Shown here piece after piece: positions 7,382-12,528 of a stretch of DNA of 12,528 nucleotides. The DNA comes from Prasinococcaceae sp. CCMP 1430 (lineage: Eukaryota; Plantae; Prasinodermophyta). The stretch spans positions 326,170 to 338,697 of the forward strand of contig RQSC01000018.1 of assembly GCA_013416795.1 (NCBI GenBank), read 5' to 3'. The translations under genes were made by a program, and so were the position numbers. The notes beneath the pieces are model-generated. The model saw only the letters and a program-made list of their open reading frames with translations, had not been told where the DNA came from and ran no database searches. Each line of letters starts with the position of its first letter. Position 1 is the first letter of the stretch.

Positions 7382-8854
7382 GCGCCGCGCGCCGCGTGCC
7401 GCGCGTCGGCCGTGGTGCTGCCGCTCGAGCTCGACGCGGGGGGGACGCTGTCCGTGGCGTTCGCGCTCGGCGGCGTGCTGCACCGCGGTGTCGTCGACAC
7501 GGGAAGCGCTTTCCTCACCGTGCAGGCGCAGTGCTCGGCCGCTGCGGCCGCCGCGGCGACGTCGCCCGCTGGCGGGGCGTCCGAGGAGAGCTTCTTCGGG
7601 TGCCTCGACGGCGCGGAGGGCTTCCCGGCGGGCCTCCCGCCCACGTACGAGGTGTACGGCCTACAGGAGGAGGGCTGCGAGTGGTGGCAGGGCACGCTGC
7701 GGCTGGGCGATGCGCTCGCCTTCGTGTACGACGACATGGTGTTCGGCGTGACGGGCGACCGGAAGACGGCCGTCGCGCGACTCAATTCCGCGCCGTTCTT
7801 CGGCCTGGTCAAGTACGAGGCGCCGGGCATCAGGCCGACGCTCCTCGGGCAGACGGACCTGCGCGCCTTCTCGGTGGACTTCGCGACGCGCGCGCTCACG
7901 CTCAGCCGCGCGCCGCTGCTGCCGCCAGCGCCCAGCGGGGCGGCCGCCTCCAACGCGATGCGCGTGGTCGACCTGCGCGAAGTCGGCGCGCCCGTCATGC
8001 ACTATGCCGCGCGCATCGCCGCACTGCGCGTCAACGGCAACGACGTGCTGCCCGCGGGCTCGCCGCCGGCGTACGCCGTCTTCGACACGGGAACCACCGG
8101 CCTGCTGGTCTCAGAGAACCTCTGGCGGGACTCCGAGTTCGAGCTCGGCGCCGTCAACATGGACATGGCCGTCGAGGCCGAGTCCGGCGGCGTGGTCGAG
8201 ATCGGTGCCAGCAGGGACACCTGCCGCCAGTACGACAGCAGCTGCATCTTCGTGGCCACGCCCGTGCCGGTGCCGTGGGGCGCGTCACCAGACAGCGAGG
8301 AGGTGCGTGCGAGCGGCGGCGGCGCCCGCTGGGCGACGACGCGCGCGCGCGCGCGCGCGACGGCCCGTGCACACGTGCATACACGCTCCGTTTCACGCTT
8401 GCGCGCGCGCGCGCGCGCGCGCGCGCGCGCATGCCACCGTGCCCTCCCCCGCGGTGCCACGCGCCGACGGCTGACGGCCGCGCTGCCCTGCTTGGCGTCG
8501 TATCGACCTGCACAGGCGAAGCGGCGCTACTGGACGGACGATGGGCCTTCGGAGGTGCAGCAAGGCGGCGCGCGAGTTATCTTCGTCGGCATGGCCCTCA
8601 TGGAGCGCTACGGCAGCCTGATCGTCGACATGGATGACGGGCGCATGGCACTCGAGGGCGCGCGTGCCATCGCAGCGGAGGACTCCGAGCTTGTCGCTGG
8701 CGCGCGCGCGCTGGCTGCGGTGCCGCCCGAAGAGCGCGCGGCCGCGCGCGAGGAGCGGCTGCGCGCACAGGCAGCGCGCATACGCGCGCGAGAGGCGGAG
8801 CGCCGCGAGCTCATGGCCGCTGCACAGCGCAACCAGCGCGCCCTCGACGTGTGA
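7382..8854 (+). CDS. Pepsin-like (A1) aspartic protease, 2 or more exons, 5' end unresolved
   Basis: Two catalytic motifs, GVVDTGSAFL and AVFDTGTTGLL, plus the C-terminal IFVGMALMERYGSLIVDMDDGRMAL (ILG...FD...RIGF-like). Intron 8303-8515 (GAG|GTGCGT, CTGAC at 8471, CACAG). There is no in-frame ATG between the upstream TAA (7346) and the domain, and an N at 7380 may hide missing sequence. Confidence 0.8.
   Translation, partial: APRAACRASAVVLPLELDAGGTLSVAFALGGVLHRGVVDTGSAFLTVQAQCSAAAAAAATSPAGGASEESFFGCLDGAEGFPAGLPPTYEVYGLQEEGCEWWQGTLRLGDALAFVYDDMVFGVTGDRKTAVARLNSAPFFGLVKYEAPGIRPTLLGQTDLRAFSVDFATRALTLSRAPLLPPAPSGAAASNAMRVVDLREVGAPVMHYAARIAALRVNGNDVLPAGSPPAYAVFDTGTTGLLVSENLWRDSEFELGAVNMDMAVEAESGGVVEIGASRDTCRQYDSSCIFVATPVPVPWGASPDSEEVRASGGGARWATTRARARATARAHVHTRSVSRLRARARARARACHRALPRGATRRRLTAALPCLASYRPAQAKRRYWTDDGPSEVQQGGARVIFVGMALMERYGSLIVDMDDGRMALEGARAIAAEDSELVAGARALAAVPPEERAAAREERLRAQAARIRAREAERRELMAAAQRNQRALDV
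8401..8430. repeat. Perfect (GC)15 tract in the aspartic-protease intron
   Basis: 30 nt of uninterrupted gc read directly; a second (GC)9 tract lies at 8341-8358. Confidence 0.95.
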
Positions 8855-9148
8855 ATGAAGTCAGGGCGGCCTGGTGGCCGGGCGGATAGCAGTCCTGCGG
8901 CGGCGGCGGCGCACGCGCCTGGGGCATCCTCGTCGAGCGCGCGCCGCGATGTTGTACATTACCTCTCAGTACGATTCTCGTTTACCGGTAGTCGTGAGCG
9001 ACCACGCGAGCGAGCGCCGGGAATGCGCGCGCGCTTTGTGGCGGCGAAGCAGAGCGGTGGTGGTGCAGCAGCTTGAAAGCGGTGGTGGTGCACGCGCAGG
9101 CGACGCCGGCAGCGACGGCTGATGCACGAGCGCGCGCGGTAGTGGCGT

Positions 9149-10534
9149 CTATTCCCGCTCGAACTCCAAACACGGGTACCTGGCGGGGCCGACGGCGTAC
9201 TCGAGCTGGACCTGAGCTTCGCACAGCCTAGGGCCGTGCACGGGGTGATCGTGCAGGATCCTCACCATCGCTTGCCTCTCGTCGCTCCCGGCGTGCGCCT
9301 GGCTGTTCGTTGAGTGCGCCGAGCTGAAGCCGCCCGTGCTAGACACTTGCTCCCGGGCTGTCCTCGCTGCGATTGCGCGGACCATCGCCGCGTCTGCGAC
9401 CCCGAAGGTAGCGAAGTGCAGCACCTCCTCGAAGGCGTCGAACGCCCCCGGGTAGGTCTCGAAGCGCTCGATTCGCAGCGGCATGTGCGGCGCGCCCATT
9501 TCAGCCGCCCCGCTGTTCCGATAGTTGCGCACGTAGTGGAGCAGCGCGCCTTTGATCGCGCCGCGCTCCATGTTGTGCTCGAGCCCCTCTGCGACGCTCA
9601 TTTCGTTCAGGACTTGCGTGATCGATCGGTTGCCCTCGTCCGGGCGCGGCTTTTCCATCCAGTGCGGTTCCTTGTCCGCCTAGGTGGCGCGTCGTTCGAC
9701 GAAGTGGGCGCAGGGGGTCAGCGCGCGCAATGGTTGCCACGGACACCGTGACGGACTTCGGCAAGTGGCACTTCTGCCAATCATCGGAGCAGGCACTGAG
9801 ACCCGCTCGGCGCCACGCACCTTCGTGTACAGGTAGTCACTGACCGCGGCGCTGAAGGGGTCGCGCATGCCCGATATATATCGATACGCCCCCGCGGCGG
9901 CCATGGCCTTGCACTCCGGCGGTAGGCTTTCGTACGGCGTCGTCTCCCAGTCGTGTTCCACCGCATTGTTCATGAGCAGCACGAGCGCCTTCGGCGGCCT
10001 TGAGCGCCCCGCTGCGACCGAGTCGCCCGCCATCGTCAGCGCCGTAGGACGCACTCGCTCGCTGGGCTCGGGCGGCGCCAGGGCGCGTTCCACGGTGTAG
10101 TTGCACGCGACGTCCAACCACGACCCTGGCGGGCATCGCTCGCCCCTCGAAAAGAATTCTCGCGCGCAGCCGGGGCGGCGGATGCTCAGATACTTGACAA
10201 ACTCGACGTCGGCGAGGCGCTGCCTGCGCACCGGCCCGCCGAAGAAATCGCTGATGAGCACCGAGCCTGCCTTGTGCAGCTTTCCCACGACGGTGACGAG
10301 CTGAGGCTGCGCCTGCTCTTGCAGCTCTCTTTGTCGCTCGAGCTCGGGCCGCCGCAGCAGCTGCCGCTGCACTGCTCGCTGCTGCTGCTCAGGCTGCTGC
10401 GCGCCGACTGCGCGGAGCAGGCCAACGAGGAGAAGCGAGCACAGGCAGACGACTCGAGCGCAGGCGTCGCCGGGGATGCGCGCCCGCCCTCGCGGCTGGG
10501 CACGCGCGGCGGCGACCCGCGACGCGGCGGGCAT
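9149..10534 (-). CDS. Probable PAPS-dependent sulfotransferase, secretory/Golgi type, 2 exons (about 414 aa)
   Basis: Exon 1 is 10534-9821 and exon 2 is 9679-9149. The intron has AAG|GTGCGT, CTGAC at 9721-9717 and a CTAG acceptor. Hydrophobic N-terminal stretch VVCLCSLLLVGLL, a Q/R-rich stem, 5'-PSB-like LHKAGS and 3'-PB-like MRDPFSAAVSDYLY motifs. Confidence 0.7.
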
Positions 10535-10988
10535 GACGACCGACAGGGCGCGCCCGCGCCGCCGCGGCAGCCGCGGCAGCCCGGCCTGTTCCGCTGTCAC
10601 GGTCCGTCGTTGGGCACCGCCGGCGTGCGCTGGCGAATTGGCAATCTCCACCACCGCCAGCACTACCACGGCACCACCACCCGCCCCCCCCCTCCTCAGC
10701 TCCGAGCGAGCCACCGCCCGCGCCGCCGCGTGTGGCGCCCCCTACGCTCCCCACGCCCTCTCCCCCCTCCCCTCAGGCTCCCCGCCGCGCGAGCTTTGAT
10801 GAATGCGCGTCGGCGTCAACAGCTGCGTCGACGGCGCACGTGCTGTGCTGTGCGTACTGTACGTAGTCGACTTTGACGCCACTGTCAACAGCCCTGTGCG
10901 CACGCGCGCGCATGCCCACACGCATTCGCGACCCGGTACGATCGCATGCAGACCGGGTGTGTACGCATTGAAAAGAGGCGGATGTGCT

Positions 10989-11048
10989 GGGGTGAGACCG
11001 GGGTGAGACCGGGGTGAGACCGGGGTGAGAGTGACCTGAGACCGGGGT
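10989..11048. repeat. 11-bp tandem repeat (GGGGTGAGACC)n
   Basis: Three perfect units (10989-11021), a partial unit (11022-11030), then a degenerate TGAGACCGGGGT. Confidence 0.9.
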
Positions 11049-11374
11049 CGCGCGCGCGGACGGATGAAACCCTGACAAAACCCTTAAAAGTTGTAACCCG
11101 AAGAGGGCCGAGGCCGTCGCCGGCGGTTTCGCGGCGGGCGTGCCGCGGCGCGCGCGCGCAGGGGGAGGCGGAGGCGGGCGCGGGGAGGCTACTGCCGAGG
11201 GCGCGGCCGCTGCAGAGCCGCTGCCAGCGCCGGGTGCCCTCGCTGCCGCGCGCGTGCCCGCCCGCAAGTGCTCGCGCGCCGTTCCTCACCCCGCACGCAC
11301 ACACGCATCGCTTTCCCCCCCTGCGCCGCCCATCCACCGTCACCCATCAATCGCGCGCCGCCTCGCGCCCGCAG

Positions 11375-11599
11375 GTGTTCCGCCGCGCGGCGACCAAGAT
11401 TGAGTCGCTGTGCGGCGCCGCGGGCCTGTCGGTCGCGGTGAACCCCGCCGGCAAGCCGCGCAAGGGCACCTTCGAGGTGACCGCCGGCGGCAAGACGTAC
11501 GTGTCCCTGGTGGGCATGCCGCGCCCCTTCAAGAAGCTGCGCGAGACCGACATGGAGGCGCTCGCCGAGGAGGTCATCGCTGGTGCCAAGAAGAAGTAA
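11375..11599 (+). CDS. SELENOH: Selenoprotein H-like (Rdx family), last exon only
   Basis: After the GCAG acceptor (11374): VFRRAATKIESL...VNPAGKPRKGTFEV...VSLVGMPRPFKKLRETDMEALAEEVI. The NP.KPR.G.FEV and RPF..L motifs match the SelH family. A SECIS is present downstream, but the CxxU exon was not located. Confidence 0.85.
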   Translation: MFRRAATKIESLCGAAGLSVAVNPAGKPRKGTFEVTAGGKTYVSLVGMPRPFKKLRETDMEALAEEVIAGAKKK

Positions 11600-11717
11600 A
11601 CGCTCCCGCGGGAGCCCGGCGCGAGGCGAGCGCCCGAAGCAGGTGTGCCCGCGGCGGCGGGCAGGCGGCCTGGCAACGTGGCGCGGCGCTCGCCTTCGGC
11701 CTCCCCGCGCCCCGCCC

Positions 11718-11787
11718 CGCGCGTCCCATGACCGCCGATCCGTCTCAAACGCAAGCGCGTGGCGGCGGCGCGAGAACACGACGCGCG
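11718..11787 (+). promoter_or_regulatory. SECIS element (type II-like) in the SelH 3' UTR
   Basis: Helix I cgcgcgtc (11718-25) pairs with gacgcgcg (11780-87). ATGA core at 11728-31 opposite GA at 11772-73. Helix II cgccg..ccgtc pairs with ggcggcggcg (10 bp with a 2-nt bulge). AAA at 11747-49 is followed by an apical mini-stem acgc/gcgt. Confidence 0.8.
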
Positions 11788-11807
11788 TGGGGGGCTCGGG
11801 AGAAGTC

Positions 11808-11812
11808 TGTAA
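11808..11812 (+). promoter_or_regulatory. Candidate TGTAA polyadenylation signal for SelH
   Basis: 20 nt downstream of the SECIS, consistent with the mRNA 3' end. Confidence 0.5.
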
Positions 11813-12058
11813 ATCACACGGCGTGCCACCACCGCGGGCGCGGCGCCGGGCCTACGCGCACTCCGCCGCGTTGGGAACGAACGCATGGTGTGCTGTGCGC
11901 GCGCGAGCGCGCTCGTGTGGGCGCCGGCGCTCACGCCGTGCAGCGTGGGCAGTTGGCATGCGGCGTGAGCAGTGCGCGCGAGAGAGAGACGCGCGCAGCC
12001 TACGAGCCACGGCGACGGGCACACGTCCTCTGTGTGTTGTGCCTTGTCTGCGTGTGGT

Positions 12059-12075
12059 GGTGTTTTTGAAACACC
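12059..12075 (-). terminator. Histone mRNA 3' stem-loop
   Basis: The minus strand reads aaaaaact-GGTGTT-tcaaa-AACACC-accac, 85 nt after the H2B stop. The A-rich 5' flank and ACCAC 3' flank resemble histone stem-loop flanks. Confidence 0.7.
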
Positions 12076-12160
12076 AGTTTTTTGTGGTGGTTGTGGCGCT
12101 GCCGCCATCTCCTGCGCGTGGCAGAGAGGGGGACGATGCAGCCGCTCGACCTCGCGGCGC

Positions 12161-12511
12161 TTAGGCCGAGGTGAACTTGGTGACGGCCTTGGTGCCCTCC
12201 GACACGGCGTGCTTGGCGAGCTCACCCGGGAGGATGAGGCGCACGGCGGTCTGGATCTCGCGCGAGGTGATGGTGGGCTTCTTGTTGTAGACCGCGAGCT
12301 TGGACGCCTCGGTGGCGATCTTCTCGAAAATGTCGTTGATGAACGAGTTCATGATCGACATGGCCTTGGACGAGATGCCGGTGTCGGGGTGCACCTGCTT
12401 GAGCACCTTGTAGATGTAGATCTTGTACGACTCCGTCGGCTTCTTCGCCTTCTTGGCGCCGCCCTTGACGGTCTTCTTGGCGGGCTTCTTGTCAGCCTTC
12501 TTGGGAGCCAT
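12161..12511 (-). CDS. H2B: Histone H2B (116 aa, intronless)
   Basis: MAPKK...[40 protein letters not shown]...[35 protein letters not shown] is canonical H2B. Confidence 0.99.
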   Translation of the reverse strand: MAPKKADKKPAKKTVKGGAKKAKKPTESYKIYIYKVLKQVHPDTGISSKAMSIMNSFINDIFEKIATEASKLAVYNKKPTITSREIQTAVRLILPGELAKHAVSEGTKAVTKFTSA

Positions 12512-12528
12512 GGTGAGTGTTGGGTGTG

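Noticed and set aside
6821-7411. Calpain-aspartic protease fusion by splicing
   Set aside because: The 6984-to-7342 splice hits TAA immediately. The only frame-compatible alternative (6821 to 7368) needs a poor GAG acceptor and crosses an N.
8855-9148. Short ORFs between the aspartic protease and the sulfotransferase
   Set aside because: Low-complexity translations consistent with convergent 3' UTRs.
10799-10843. Second SECIS starting at ATGA 10799
   Set aside because: A stem can form, but there is no GA opposite the core and it is not in a selenoprotein 3' UTR.
10989-11048. CRISPR array
   Set aside because: The units are 11 bp with no unique spacers, and the context is eukaryotic.
10773-11267. 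Minus-strand 164-aa ORF as a protein gene
   Set aside because: It has a non-ATG start, reads through the tandem repeat and intron-like sequence, and shows no recognisable domain. It may be UTR or intron of the sulfotransferase gene.

Overview
Gene-dense, very GC-rich eukaryotic DNA, most likely a green alga (inferred from H2B signatures [13 protein letters not shown] and [15 protein letters not shown] branch points, TGTAA motifs after stops and a histone 3' palindrome). Eight protein genes are supported: a J-domain protein (+), elongation factor ELF1/ELOF1 (-), a DCAF6/8/WDTC1-like WD40 protein (+, start in an N gap), a large calpain-family protease (+), a pepsin-like aspartic protease (+), a probable sulfotransferase (-), the last exon of selenoprotein H with a SECIS (+), and histone H2B (-). 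Introns are short (129-213 nt) and rich in alternating GC/CA. The main finding is the calpain. It has an intact Cys-His-Asn triad, an N-terminal UBA-like domain, a GRF zinc finger inserted in the catalytic domain, and a roughly 130-aa loop between the catalytic His and Asn that carries a canonical PIP box (QTKLSAFF), a basic NLS-like motif, SIM-like motifs and an MIU-like motif. This module set resembles known DNA-protein-crosslink proteases (SPRTN, Wss1, FAM111A) on a different protease fold. All domain calls are by-eye motif recognition; no searches were run.
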